Virus record (IMG/VR): IMGVR_UViG_3300020442_000146
Location: 1-50,498 of that record
Length of the DNA: 50,498 bases
From: a virus
Taxonomy: Duplodnaviria; Caudoviricetes
Strand: one strand, 5' to 3'
The notes under the pieces are model-generated. The model made no database searches. It saw only the letters and a list, made by a program, of their open reading frames with translations, and was not told the DNA's origin. Below are positions 1 through 10,177 of the stretch, one piece after another (position 1 is the stretch's first letter; every line of letters begins with the position of its first letter). The translations under genes and the position numbers were made by a program.

Positions 1-398
1 ATTCCATCGTTTTTAGTAAACTGTAAGGTTTTTTCTATCACGGCTATGCGTGATTGTAGCTTAATGATCTCCATCATGTGAGCAGCCATACCGCCCAAAT
101 CTTCGTTGATCATGTCAACATCTTCCCAAAGCTCATCGTCAGCATCTTCCATGTCTTCATAGAACTCTGCAAGTATGTCGATTATTTCCTGTAAATCTTC
201 TTGGTTTTTCTGCACATCCCTAATTAAATTAGTTCTGTCAGTTGCATTATTTTCAATAGTAAGAACATTTACTTGCTCTGTTAAGCTTTCAATAACAGAC
301 GCTTGCTGAGAGGCGTACCATATACCACCGCCCACGGTACTGACTATCGCCACCACTGCACTTGCAGCGACAGCTATATTTACCTTGGGCAAGTCCAT
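1..398 (-). CDS. Membrane-anchored coiled-coil protein, copy A (3' end runs off the window)
   Basis: Not in the ORF track. Read manually from ATG at 398 (MDLPKVNIAVAASAVVAIVSTVGGGIWY...). Homologous to 36736..37137. Confidence 0.75.
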   Translation of the reverse strand, partial: MDLPKVNIAVAASAVVAIVSTVGGGIWYASQQASVIESLTEQVNVLTIENNATDRTNLIRDVQKNQEDLQEIIDILAEFYEDMEDADDELWEDVDMINEDLGGMAAHMMEIIKLQSRIAVIEKTLQFTKNDG

Positions 399-399
399 G

Positions 400-702
400 C
401 TAGTAACTTCCTTCCCAAACTCTAAGCTTGTTAAACTCGTTACTCATTAACTTACGTTTTAACACATCTTTGACTGCTTGGGTATCCGTCCATTGTACGC
501 CAGCTTCTTTTAGCCACACGTTGAGCAATGCCATATCGACGTTGCCAACGTGCTTATAATCTGAACCAAAACCATTGCCAGTTACTTCTCTTGCCTGCTC
601 TGCATCTTTTAACATATGCGTTGCGTCAAAAGTATTCTTGATGATCATCTTGTCATCATCAAAGGTAACTGTCTCTTTGATTTTAGTAGAGTGACTAGGC
701 AT
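400..702 (-). CDS. Hypothetical virion-module protein, copy A
   Basis: ORF 400..738, likely start MPSHSTK at 702. Homolog at 37139..37429. Confidence 0.7.
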   Translation of the reverse strand: MPSHSTKIKETVTFDDDKMIIKNTFDATHMLKDAEQAREVTGNGFGSDYKHVGNVDMALLNVWLKEAGVQWTDTQAVKDVLKRKLMSNEFNKLRVWEGSY

Positions 703-955
703 CTTCCCAAGCCTCATTCTCTGGCGTGCTAGGATCATCCGCTTTTAAAGTGCCGTCTTTATTTCTTGCTCTCTTTTTTTTTGCGGTAGTTTTTTTAGCA
801 GGTTTTGGTTTAGTTTCTGCTTTTAATATTTCGAATGCAGATGGCTTCATAACCATAATCTTTTTAACTTCTGCATCTGGCAACTCAACCTCATCACCAT
901 TTCTAAAGATACCTTGAGATGTTGAGATGCTTCTATCTTTTACTAAAACTTTCAT
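695..955 (-). CDS. Small basic protein downstream of capsid gene, copy A
   Basis: 86 aa with RARNKDGTLKADDPSTPENEAW motif and GGAG RBS. Homolog at 37422..37673. Confidence 0.75.
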   Translation of the reverse strand: MKVLVKDRSISTSQGIFRNGDEVELPDAEVKKIMVMKPSAFEILKAETKPKPAKKTTAKKKRARNKDGTLKADDPSTPENEAWEDA

Positions 956-969
956 TTTAATCTCCTGTT

Positions 970-994
970 AAAGTAGGGGCAAAACTGCCCCTAC
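970..994 (-). terminator. Hairpin / intrinsic terminator after major capsid gene
   Basis: GTAGGGGCA-AAAC-TGCCCCTAC 9-bp stem (973-994) followed by TTT on the minus strand. Stem is identical in copy B. Confidence 0.65.
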
Positions 995-1005
995 CTACTA
1001 TCTTA

Positions 1006-1962
1006 TTATGAAGTTGTATTATCAGCAATAATACCGTTTGCTTTCTCATTTTTAGCGCAAAGTGTAAGCTCTGTTACGACTTGACGCTTGCTTGAGTCGC
1101 CAGTTTTGGCAAGTTCTACGTTCTTAGTTGGACGTAGTACAGCAACTTCCCACATATCATCTTGCATGATGAACACGTCACGAGAACGGTTCTCGCGGCT
1201 TGGTACGAACTCTACAGTTCCCCAAGGTGTAACATATACTGCAAGTGACTTGATGACACGCTCATCGCCGCCTTGTACGTTTGAACGCTGGTTGTTGTTA
1301 CCAGTAAACGCCAATGCTTTGTTCATCTGAAATGCAGATAGATACACTGTGTCTGGGTTTCCGCCATTCTCCCAAATTGACTGCATAACTGTGTCAAATT
1401 TAGTTTGTGAGAATGCTGTTGGAGTACCATCGTCTGTACGAGCGTCAGTACCATCACCAGTTGGATTTGCACCAGAGTTACCTGATTGGAAGTCTACGTT
1501 TGTAATCATCCAAGAAGGCGCACCAGCTAGTTCACGCGCAACACTGGCCGATCCTGTTACTTTTGCGTTATTGTCAAATAGCGCTTTTTCGATGTCTAAT
1601 TTTTGCTCTTTAGCAATCTTTAGCACCTGGTAAGCCATCTCACGTTGACGACCCGCTTTATCAAGACCTTCATCCGTATCTGGAACAGTCACAGCATTTT
1701 TGAAAATCTGTGTTCTGTTGTTTAGACGGCTTGTTGCAGTCATTGCGTTAGCAGTAGTCTCGTCACCTTCGATGTGAGCATTTGCTGCGCTTGAACGTAA
1801 CGCATCTGTTTGCCATTCTACCAAAGTGTTCCTTGCAGTAGTCTTGCGAGACTTTGTGTGGAAGGGTGTTTCTTCTGGCGAAACGTTTGTGATAATATCA
1901 GAAAGGTCCTCTCTGATCCCGACAGCATCATAACTGTCAAATGTGTTGGTTGGTTGTGCCAT
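1006..1962 (-). CDS. Major capsid protein (DUF5309/SU10-like), copy A
   Basis: 318 aa. N-terminal GIREDLSDIITNVSPEETPF, EWQTD, N.TQIF and ELAKTGDS motifs. Follows the scaffold gene. Confidence 0.9.
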   Translation of the reverse strand: MAQPTNTFDSYDAVGIREDLSDIITNVSPEETPFHTKSRKTTARNTLVEWQTDALRSSAANAHIEGDETTANAMTATSRLNNRTQIFKNAVTVPDTDEGLDKAGRQREMAYQVLKIAKEQKLDIEKALFDNNAKVTGSASVARELAGAPSWMITNVDFQSGNSGANPTGDGTDARTDDGTPTAFSQTKFDTVMQSIWENGGNPDTVYLSAFQMNKALAFTGNNNQRSNVQGGDERVIKSLAVYVTPWGTVEFVPSRENRSRDVFIMQDDMWEVAVLRPTKNVELAKTGDSSKRQVVTELTLCAKNEKANGIIADNTTS

Positions 1963-1992
1963 ATCTCTTTCCTTTTCAACGGCTTACAAGGA

Positions 1993-2973
1993 TTATCCTT
2001 GTGGGTTCATAATTAAGTCGATTGCATCTTCAATACGACCACTCTTTTGCAACCTTTGTTGCTGCTTTCGGCGAGTAGAACCTACAGGATCGGCAACCTT
2101 CTTTGCGCCAGCCTTGACAACAGGTTTGGCTTTCTTGCTCTTAGCTTCTGCCTTTTTCCTGTTTGCCACAATACGTTTATACTTCATCGCATCATTAGCC
2201 ATCTCTATGTAGCGTGCATCTGCGGTTAGAGCGATTTCTTCATCACTAAACCCATACTCACGCCCAACGCCCATCAACGCATCCCAGTGAGCTTTGCTCT
2301 TGCTAGTGTCTGCGAGTTCAGGAATTTTAGCTTTGATTATCTCAGCTTGCTCTGCAAGATATACCCGATGTTCTTCATCGGCTTGCTTTTGCTGCTGTGC
2401 TTGCAATTGTTGCATTTGGTATTGCTGTTGTTGGTACTGTTGCAAATCGGCGTCGTACTTAGCTCTTTGCTCCATATAAGCTATAGGGTCACTCTCAGCC
2501 AAAGTGTGGTCTGGCATTTTGGGTGGTGCCGCAAAACCTTGCTGGGCTTGAGCGTACATTTGTGCGATCTGTTGTTCTCTCTGTGCTATTTCGGCCTGTT
2601 TCTCTTCCAGTTGCTTACGTGTCTGGGCGATCTCCTGAAACCGATTGTTAATTGCACCTTGGCCTGCCGCAGATTGCTTAAGCTGATCTAGTGTCCAATG
2701 CTCTTCTTTGCCGTCAATTTTTACGGGGATGAGATTGTTTTCCTCAGTAGCCTCTACTTCGTCCTCGGTCTCTATATCCACATCTTCGTAATCTTCTTCA
2801 GATGCTTCTAGTTCATCTAACGTATCGCCTTCATCAATTACCTCGTCATCAGTTTCTTCAACTTCTGGTTCAATAATTTCTTCAACTGCTTCTGTTAGAT
2901 TTTCTTCGCCTGTTTCTTCTTGCGCTGGCGCTATGAGTTTTTCTACTGCGCTGTGTAGGTCAGTCGCTTCCAC
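1993..2973 (-). CDS. Capsid scaffolding protein, copy A
   Basis: Acidic N-terminus, VKIDGKEE...LDQLK motif, Q-rich coiled coil, basic C-terminus. Lies between portal and capsid. Confidence 0.85.
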   Translation of the reverse strand: MEATDLHSAVEKLIAPAQEETGEENLTEAVEEIIEPEVEETDDEVIDEGDTLDELEASEEDYEDVDIETEDEVEATEENNLIPVKIDGKEEHWTLDQLKQSAAGQGAINNRFQEIAQTRKQLEEKQAEIAQREQQIAQMYAQAQQGFAAPPKMPDHTLAESDPIAYMEQRAKYDADLQQYQQQQYQMQQLQAQQQKQADEEHRVYLAEQAEIIKAKIPELADTSKSKAHWDALMGVGREYGFSDEEIALTADARYIEMANDAMKYKRIVANRKKAEAKSKKAKPVVKAGAKKVADPVGSTRRKQQQRLQKSGRIEDAIDLIMNPQG

Positions 2974-2984
2974 GGTACTGCTCC

Positions 2985-3221
2985 TTATTGTTTACGATCT
3001 AAAAGTGTCTCTGCCATTATAGCGGCGTCAAGTTCCACTTCGATCTTGGTTAATGCACGCAATATTGCGTGCGCCTCTTCGCGTTGCTCAATGTCTTGAG
3101 CGCCGCTAGTCGTAAAAAGCCTGATTTGCTCATTACGAACATCCTGTATGAAATCGCTAAAAGCGGTATCACTTTTTAACCGCTTTGCGTCTTCTGCCTT
3201 TATTCTTGTTTCTACTGTCAA
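2985..3221 (-). CDS. Small portal-adjacent protein, copy A
   Basis: 78 aa helical protein coupled to the portal stop. Homolog at 39709..39945. Confidence 0.7.
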   Translation of the reverse strand: MTVETRIKAEDAKRLKSDTAFSDFIQDVRNEQIRLFTTSGAQDIEQREEAHAILRALTKIEVELDAAIMAETLLDRKQ

Positions 3222-5317
3222 ATGCCTGCCATTCTCATCATAGATTCATTGTGCATACGTTCTTTATCTTGCTCTGCTTTTATCTTAGCTAAATCAACAG
3301 CTTGCCCGTACTGACCTGCAAGCGTTGCTGCATCTACATATAGGTCTTGCGCCATCTGATCTCTAGCTAGGTCATCTTTCATCGCCATCTCATGCATTTT
3401 ACGCTGATTTTCCATCTGAGCCTTAGTCATATCAACCTGTGCTTTTGTCTGCGCTTTCATTGCTTCTGCCTGCACCATAGCTTGCGCTGGGTCAGATGGT
3501 TGCTGACCTGCTAATGCTGCTTGTTGCTGTTGCTGCATCTGCAAGAGTTGCATTTCTATCTCTGGCGTAATTGGTGCAAAGTAACGATCTGCGTTTCTAA
3601 TGCCGCTCGATGCTAATATGTCTGCAAGAGTATTGCGGATGTTTGTGAGCGACACTAAACCATTCATAGGGCCATATGTCTGATAGACCATAGTTTGTTG
3701 TTGTAGAGCTAACGACAGAGCGCCCATTTTGTCCTCTTCTCTGCCAGTGCCAAGACCTACGTTAATGCTAACGTCCATATCTATGTCAAACGCTTTTGGG
3801 TCAACAGGTTGGAAGCGCCCGTTCATACGCATCATTGCGCCGTTTTCCATGTTCTTTTGCAGTAATCTTAGCATTAAGCCAAACAAGTCTCTTGCGCCAT
3901 CTGCTAGGTTACGCACCATCACCTCTACTTGCCCTGCTGCGGCTTGCACAGTGGCCTGCACAGCAGCTTTAGTTGTAGACTGCATTGCATCAGGGTCTAG
4001 CCCCATAGACGCTCTGGTAACGCCTGTCTTGCCCTCTACAAGCTGATCTAGGTATGTAAGTGCGCTTAGTGTTTGCCCTGCGGTAAATGGCACAGCTAAA
4101 TCCTGTACTGCTCCAGGTTGCCTCATACGCACAATCGCGCCAATCTCATTATTTAGCACATCGTCTATGTTAACTGAGCCATCAACTATACCAACGCGAG
4201 GATTGTTTGTCATAGCTACGTTATCGAGTATGCCACGCAATATGCTTGTTGCTGCATCTTGATCATCAATCACAATGTCTGCAATGCTTCTGCCATAAAA
4301 AGTGTGCGGCTCTGGATCAACTTCAAATTTTGCAAAAGGTATTTCGTCTGCGAGTTCGTAATCTAGCAGTCTGTACTTTGTCCCGCCGCACAAGAACTTG
4401 TGTAACACAGCTACGCCTGTGCCGTCCACATCCATACGCATATATGCTTCTGTTACAGTAACCTGACGCATAGATGGGTCAGAGCTTGTTTCGTTAAAAT
4501 CATCTTCATAACCTTGTCGCTCAATACGTTCTGCCTCAGTCATCTCTGTGCCTGCGTCAAAGCTATCTAGGTCAAGCACTATCTCTGGATCAAAGCCCAT
4601 TGCAATCAAATCACCTGCACGCATTTCTGTGCGGTGAGCAATAACATGAGCATCTTCTAGCGTTCTACAGTTTCTATCTACAAAGAACTCTTCTGGCGGT
4701 ACGCTTTCTATACGAAGCCTGCCTGTTGTTTCTCTGCGCGATACTTTAGCAGAATGAACAGGCGTTTGCACCTCAACGCCTTGCTCATCCATGCTCATTT
4801 CCTGCTCTACTGTATGCTCAAGAACCGTTACGTCATCGTCCTGCACTAAAAACGTGTATTCATCATCGTCTAGATTAGTGTAAGTATATATCTCTGCGGT
4901 AGGCATTTCTTCCCAATATGCTTTTACTATGCCTTGCTTTTTAATTAACGCATCGTGAAAAGCATCGTTTAGCACTCTGTAGCCGTTGCTTCTCTGAAAC
5001 TCATAATGCACATAATCTGTGGCTTGCTCTGCCATATTCACATCTTCTGGGCCATGCGGCATAAACTCTACAGGCTTTGCAGTGCTTAGAAACACACGCA
5101 TCAATGATGGTTTAATCGCACGCACCGTATCTCGAACCTTAGTAGCGACTACTTTGCTTCGACCGTCCTCGTAGCCTATATCTACTTCGCCATCGTAGTA
5201 ACGCTGCGATCTAATGCGATCTTCTGATATTTCGCTTTCTACAAAGTCTACCGCATCGTCTATAGCGTTCTGAACAATAGTTTCTATCTCGCGTTCTGTT
5301 TTAGCTTTGAGTTCCAT
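3218..5317 (-). CDS. Portal protein (P22-like), copy A
   Basis: About 700 aa from MELKAK. RYYDG, GRSKVV, GIVKAYW, VPPEEF, PHTFYGRS motifs and a Q-rich C-terminal barrel. Confidence 0.9.
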   Translation of the reverse strand: MELKAKTEREIETIVQNAIDDAVDFVESEISEDRIRSQRYYDGEVDIGYEDGRSKVVATKVRDTVRAIKPSLMRVFLSTAKPVEFMPHGPEDVNMAEQATDYVHYEFQRSNGYRVLNDAFHDALIKKQGIVKAYWEEMPTAEIYTYTNLDDDEYTFLVQDDDVTVLEHTVEQEMSMDEQGVEVQTPVHSAKVSRRETTGRLRIESVPPEEFFVDRNCRTLEDAHVIAHRTEMRAGDLIAMGFDPEIVLDLDSFDAGTEMTEAERIERQGYEDDFNETSSDPSMRQVTVTEAYMRMDVDGTGVAVLHKFLCGGTKYRLLDYELADEIPFAKFEVDPEPHTFYGRSIADIVIDDQDAATSILRGILDNVAMTNNPRVGIVDGSVNIDDVLNNEIGAIVRMRQPGAVQDLAVPFTAGQTLSALTYLDQLVEGKTGVTRASMGLDPDAMQSTTKAAVQATVQAAAGQVEVMVRNLADGARDLFGLMLRLLQKNMENGAMMRMNGRFQPVDPKAFDIDMDVSINVGLGTGREEDKMGALSLALQQQTMVYQTYGPMNGLVSLTNIRNTLADILASSGIRNADRYFAPITPEIEMQLLQMQQQQQAALAGQQPSDPAQAMVQAEAMKAQTKAQVDMTKAQMENQRKMHEMAMKDDLARDQMAQDLYVDAATLAGQYGQAVDLAKIKAEQDKERMHNESMMRMAGI

Positions 5318-5318
5318 T

Positions 5319-6944
5319 CTATTGCTCCTGTCTAAAATCTTGTGCAGCACCTAGCGCTGGCGCTACTCTTGTAGGTCTAAATCTCATTGGGGCCTGACCT
5401 GTTGCAAGCAATCTATCCAAATCGCGTAATTGCATTTTTACCCCAGTGTCAGATGCAAATTTAGACACTAATCCAAGACCAGATATTGCTAAAGTTGTAG
5501 GCTCTATAAAAGCAGCAACACCTGCTATAGACCTTTGAAGACCATTTGTAGTTGGGGATAGCGTTCCTAATCTTTTTAAAACATCATCAGAAACAGTTCC
5601 GTCTAATATTGCGCTCATTGCGTCAAGCTCAGATTTATCAAAAAAGTTACGTTGCTTTTTGTTATTTAATATACGACCCACAGCCCTTCTATAACCAGCA
5701 ATAACATCTCCAGATGTTGTGGTTTTTGCTGTAACTTCTGCGCTGTCTAAAGCATCTCGTAAAAGTTCAGATTTTTTGTATCTTTTATTTGCAACTCTTG
5801 CAGCGTTTAAAAGCCTACTTCCTTGCAAATTTGTGTCTATTAAATCATCGATCTCATCAATAACTGATCTTAATCTTGGATCGTAAGCGTTTACACCAGA
5901 ACCCTTACCAACTCTATACACATTGTATATTTCAGTTCTTAGAGTGTCTAATTCTCTTAAAGTTGTTCCACTAGCAACATCATCAACCCTAGCAAGAGCT
6001 TGTGTAATGTGAGTATCAATCTGTGGATTATACTTAGTTAAGCCCTCTCCTCCAGCAAAAAGCTTTGCTCTGGAGTTTTCAGCTATTCCTACCATTTGAT
6101 CTGAGCTAAAAGAAACACCTGCGTCATCAGCAGCCTTATATCCCGCATTTTTAGCTGATCTTAAATTTTCACTTGAAGGCTTGATTATTGATGTTGCAAG
6201 GGCCGTGTCGAGAGTTCTGTTTCCTGTATTCATTTGTTTAGATAATATTCCAGGCCGTACATAAGCATCAATTGCACGAGCAGGCATATTAACAAATTTA
6301 GAAGCTGCTGCTGGACTTGCTAATGCCCCAATAAATCTAGCAGCGCCTTCTGCCTTTGTACCTTCAGCCACCTGCCCTGCTGCTTCACTGCCTAAACCAG
6401 CAACTGTTGCTGTTCCTAAGGCTTGTTTGGATAAACCAGCCGATTCTACTGCTTGCGCTGCTTTTTGCGCTCTTGTTAAATTAGCAGCCCTTGAGCCTAC
6501 TTTCGCCAACTTTCCTGCTGCGCCTAAAGTTCCGCCACCACCCACAAATTCTGCTGCTGTGCCTGCAAATTTTCCTGCTCTTGTTTGGGCTTCATAATCA
6601 TCAAGTGGGCTAAGACCTCTGAGAAACTCTCCTGTTTTTGTCTGAAACACAGGAATGTCTTCGCCAACATCATATCCTAAATATTGAAGTGCTTCCTGAC
6701 CACCTCTTGCTATGCCTCTCGCCGCCATAAAGGGCAGTTCTGCTGTTCCTATAGCGCCTCTAACAAGGCCACTTGTTAATGATCTACCAACATCTTCAAC
6801 TACGCCAATTTCTCTTTGTGTTTCCTCTTTCGGTGCAGCTTGAGTTACACCAAGACGCTCCTTAACAACACGCTGGATCACAGAGCGGTCTGTGCCATCA
6901 GGAAACTGTAAAATTGTGCCATCTGGAAGTTCAGCCTCAATCAT
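5319..6944 (-). CDS. Putative DNA-ejection (internal virion) protein, 541 aa
   Basis: N-terminal ELPDGTILQFPDGT motif and G/A-rich hydrophobic segments. Last gene of the ejection cluster. Confidence 0.65.
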   Translation of the reverse strand: MIEAELPDGTILQFPDGTDRSVIQRVVKERLGVTQAAPKEETQREIGVVEDVGRSLTSGLVRGAIGTAELPFMAARGIARGGQEALQYLGYDVGEDIPVFQTKTGEFLRGLSPLDDYEAQTRAGKFAGTAAEFVGGGGTLGAAGKLAKVGSRAANLTRAQKAAQAVESAGLSKQALGTATVAGLGSEAAGQVAEGTKAEGAARFIGALASPAAASKFVNMPARAIDAYVRPGILSKQMNTGNRTLDTALATSIIKPSSENLRSAKNAGYKAADDAGVSFSSDQMVGIAENSRAKLFAGGEGLTKYNPQIDTHITQALARVDDVASGTTLRELDTLRTEIYNVYRVGKGSGVNAYDPRLRSVIDEIDDLIDTNLQGSRLLNAARVANKRYKKSELLRDALDSAEVTAKTTTSGDVIAGYRRAVGRILNNKKQRNFFDKSELDAMSAILDGTVSDDVLKRLGTLSPTTNGLQRSIAGVAAFIEPTTLAISGLGLVSKFASDTGVKMQLRDLDRLLATGQAPMRFRPTRVAPALGAAQDFRQEQ

Positions 6945-8058
6945 TTATTTCTTCTCCTTGAGCATTGAACTTGATGCGGTTAGAGCTTTTTGGAGGGCTA
7001 ACTTCTAAATATCTCCCAACACCTATAAGTCTTGGACCACCTTCCTCAGTAAATGGATTTATGCCTAATGTCATTGCCTCAAGCTCTTCCTCTGTTGCAT
7101 TTCTGTAGGTGTTTGTTTCTGGATCGAGCAAGCCATTTTCAAAATAAGCCCTCATTAGCATAGCTGATCTAATATTTCTCTTAATAGCCTCTTCGCCTTG
7201 CAGAGCGTCAAAGTTGTATTTAATTTTACCTAATGCTCTACGTTCACTATCAGTAAGCTGCCCCAAACCAGAAGCACCAGAAGGACTTTGCGCCTTTAAT
7301 TGAGCTAATGTTTCAAATTGCATTTGAGCTTCCATAATAGCCAAATCTTCAGCAACATTTTTTTGCTGCTGACCAAAAACAGTGTCTCTTATCAACCCTG
7401 CAAGAACTCCTGTTTTGGGTATTAAGGTATCATCTTTATTTATGGCATCTATCACTCTTTTTCCAGCAGAGTAAAAAGATAAAGTAGAACCAATCTTTCC
7501 TTGCTTTGCCATCTCTTCTTGTTTTATTCTTTTTTGTTCATCAATATAATCTGGGCTTCCCTTCACTGGCGTCATTCTGTAAACATTTTGACCTTGATCA
7601 TTAGTTTCCTCTATAAGCTGATACCCAGCAGGAATTGTTCCAAATTCAGCGCTTCTTTTGTCTGATTTTTCCCAATCTTCAAAAGTGCCTTTATACCCTT
7701 GAGATACAGCCAAATTATACTCCTGAATAGATGTAGGAGTCTTTGCTGCCGTTAAACCAACTTTGTATTGCTCAAGCTCTTTCTGCCTGTTAAAAGAGCG
7801 CTCCTCACTCTGCAACTGCAATATCTGTGCATAAGCTTGCTGTCCAGTTAACGCGCCACTCTCAACCATGCTTGCAAGTTGGTTTGCCATGTCAGTGCCT
7901 AACCCACGCAAATACTCAACAGTTTTGTTTTTCGCTCGATTAGCAGTGCGCTGCTGCTGTATTGTTTGCAGCCTAGCGTCTAATCCAGGGTCTGGCCTTA
8001 ACCTCATTTGGTTAAAACCTGATGCTAATGCTCCTGCTACGTCACGAAAATCTACCAT
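6937..8058 (-). CDS. Putative DNA-ejection protein, 373 aa
   Basis: PTSIQEYNLAVSQGYKGTFEDW and SGLGQLTDSE motifs, position in the ejection cluster. Confidence 0.65.
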   Translation of the reverse strand: MVDFRDVAGALASGFNQMRLRPDPGLDARLQTIQQQRTANRAKNKTVEYLRGLGTDMANQLASMVESGALTGQQAYAQILQLQSEERSFNRQKELEQYKVGLTAAKTPTSIQEYNLAVSQGYKGTFEDWEKSDKRSAEFGTIPAGYQLIEETNDQGQNVYRMTPVKGSPDYIDEQKRIKQEEMAKQGKIGSTLSFYSAGKRVIDAINKDDTLIPKTGVLAGLIRDTVFGQQQKNVAEDLAIMEAQMQFETLAQLKAQSPSGASGLGQLTDSERRALGKIKYNFDALQGEEAIKRNIRSAMLMRAYFENGLLDPETNTYRNATEEELEAMTLGINPFTEEGGPRLIGVGRYLEVSPPKSSNRIKFNAQGEEIND

Positions 8059-8068
8059 CTTATTACCC

Positions 8069-8701
8069 TTACATACCTGCGTAAGTTTGTGCGCCCAAAG
8101 TTAAGTAATCAAACAATCCAGGCTGATATGTTTGGCTTGTGCCTTGAGTGCCTTGCGTTAATCCTGCTCCGCCAAACATAGCCGCTAAACCTTGCTGCGG
8201 TGCGCCTGTGTAACCTGAGTACTGCCTTCTCGCCGCATCAATTAAACTCTGCATTGCCGCTTGCTGCATAGCGCCTTGTCTCATTTGTTGCTGCTGTATG
8301 GCCTGACCATAACCAAATGCTTGCTGACCTGCACCCTGCAAGCCTTGTGCAGCTTGTAACGCTGTTTGCATAGCTTGACCGTAACCTTGCTGTCTCATAC
8401 GCGCAGCTTGGTCTGCCATTTGCTGTGTATAGCCTTTCGCCATCTCAGCCTCTGCAATACCATGCCTAGAGCCGCCAAACGCACCTGCCGCTTCAGCTTG
8501 TGCGCCCAACACGTTCTGAGCCTTCAAAGCTTGCTGCCCAACATCACGCAAAGTTTGCTGAACAACCTGACTTTCATATGGGTTCATCAAGTTAGCAGCA
8601 GCAGCACCTGGATCTGCGTATGTTCGCATTGCGCCTTGCTGCGCCTGCGCTGCGGCTTGATATGGATTTGTTGTCATTGCTGGATTTGCTGCGCCTGCCA
8701 T
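8069..8701 (-). CDS. Putative ejection/pilot protein (Q/A/G-rich), copy A
   Basis: MNPYESQVV...GAFGGSRHGIAEAE motif. Homolog at 46156..46833. Confidence 0.7.
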   Translation of the reverse strand: MAGAANPAMTTNPYQAAAQAQQGAMRTYADPGAAAANLMNPYESQVVQQTLRDVGQQALKAQNVLGAQAEAAGAFGGSRHGIAEAEMAKGYTQQMADQAARMRQQGYGQAMQTALQAAQGLQGAGQQAFGYGQAIQQQQMRQGAMQQAAMQSLIDAARRQYSGYTGAPQQGLAAMFGGAGLTQGTQGTSQTYQPGLFDYLTLGAQTYAGM

Positions 8702-8702
8702 G

Positions 8703-9149
8703 TTACTTACCTCTTCTTCCGCCTTGCATTTCTAATGCAACTGGCTGTCTGGCTGCTGATCTTGCTCCAGCGCGTCCAGTCATTGGATCTACTGTAAAGC
8801 TTTCTAAGTATTGCGCTTGCCCTGGTCTTTGCGCGGCAAGCTCCCCTCTAGCTTGCTCAAAGGTAGGTGCAGCAGCATAACCTCTCACCCCACCTTCATA
8901 CGTTTCAGCTTGCGGCATGTATTGCGCTCTGCCTGTTGTTGGCATACCAAAAGCTTCAGCCATAACGTCAGTTCCTCTAAACGCAGCCTCTTGCTGCGGA
9001 GAAAATGCTGCAACATCAGGGCCATAATATGGAACATAACCCATGCCAGATACATCTCTTGCTAATCCAATACCTTGCTGTACAGCCGTTTCTGCAAATC
9101 TTGGCATTGTTTTTTCTGTATTTTGACGACCGCCTTTACCACCGCTCAT
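8703..9149 (-). CDS. Putative internal virion protein, copy A
   Basis: Likely start MSGGKGG at 9149, PYYGPDVAAF motif. Homolog at 46835..47329. Confidence 0.65.
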   Translation of the reverse strand: MSGGKGGRQNTEKTMPRFAETAVQQGIGLARDVSGMGYVPYYGPDVAAFSPQQEAAFRGTDVMAEAFGMPTTGRAQYMPQAETYEGGVRGYAAAPTFEQARGELAAQRPGQAQYLESFTVDPMTGRAGARSAARQPVALEMQGGRRGK

Positions 9150-9150
9150 C

Positions 9151-9525
9151 TTATATCTCCTTTTGATATGAGGCGTGTAGCGGTTCCCAACCATGCGCCT
9201 TCAAGGGTTTCTTCCATCCAAAACGACCTGTAATCGTTAATGCTTCACATCCATAGCTTTTAGCCCAATCAGTAACATCGTTATGCATATCTAACAACTG
9301 ATCTAGCTCACCACCGCCTAAAAACACGTTTAGCACCTTTTTTCTTGGATATACCACAATTTCAGTAACAATGCACCCCCTTGGACTAGGCCACAATTGC
9401 ATACGCCCATCTATAATACCTTCTGCTATATCCTCAAAAACATGCGTACCGCCACAATACTCTAAAGCCGCCTCTATCCAAGGGCGGCAACGTTCTAGCT
9501 CATTTACTTGCGTATCTTTAGGCAT
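9151..9525 (-). CDS. Putative GNAT-like virion assembly protein, copy A
   Basis: 124 aa between tail and ejection genes. Near-identical copy at 47331..47705. Confidence 0.55.
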   Translation of the reverse strand: MPKDTQVNELERCRPWIEAALEYCGGTHVFEDIAEGIIDGRMQLWPSPRGCIVTEIVVYPRKKVLNVFLGGGELDQLLDMHNDVTDWAKSYGCEALTITGRFGWKKPLKAHGWEPLHASYQKEI

Positions 9526-10177
9526 GTATCCTCGTTATAGCTAATGTTGATGCAGGGGAAGCAGGGCTAAACGCTGTTGCTGCTGTCGCATTTAAACTAC
9601 CGCTCGTACTATCTACAGCCCATTTCATCTCAATATAATCATTCGCAGCAAGCTCAAGTAAAAACGATCTTGATGCTGTCATAATACCACCGTTGTTATG
9701 AATAGTTTTTATTACAGTCATATTAGCTATATTTGTGCCGTTCTTAGCGGGCCAAAAATAAAACTTAACGTCACTTGCGGTGCTTGAAGTTATTTCTGCG
9801 GTAAAGCTAAGTAGATATTCACCTTTTTCTTCAAACACAATACGCTCTGGATTTGTGCCATCACGATCTATTTTATACTTATTTGTCGGCGCATCATAAG
9901 TAATAGAATAAGCTGTATCTGCTGATGCAGCCGTTTGGCTTGCTGTTCTCATAAGCTTAACGTGACCGCCTTCCATGACAATCTGCCTAAACTCATTATC
10001 ATAACTTACGACAGGCCACTCATTTACGTCATCCCAAAGAATAACGCCATTTTCACTTGGATTATCTTGAGATGTTTTAAAGTATAACTTGCCTAAATTT
10101 CTTTGCAGATATGCGTTTAACTGCCTACCCCACTGAGCAAGGTCAGGGCCAATAGTAGGTAAAATAGGAACCGACAT
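9518..10177 (-). CDS. Tail-associated protein (needle/knob-like), copy A
   Basis: 219 aa with beta-rich C-terminal domain. Follows the 629-aa tail protein. Confidence 0.55.
   Translation of the reverse strand: MSVPILPTIGPDLAQWGRQLNAYLQRNLGKLYFKTSQDNPSENGVILWDDVNEWPVVSYDNEFRQIVMEGGHVKLMRTASQTAASADTAYSITYDAPTNKYKIDRDGTNPERIVFEEKGEYLLSFTAEITSSTASDVKFYFWPAKNGTNIANMTVIKTIHNNGGIMTASRSFLLELAANDYIEMKWAVDSTSGSLNATAATAFSPASPASTLAITRIHA

Noticed and set aside
1-77. Biological direct terminal repeat
   Set aside because: It lies inside a gene, its length equals a usual assembly k-mer, and homology continues beyond it with mismatches.
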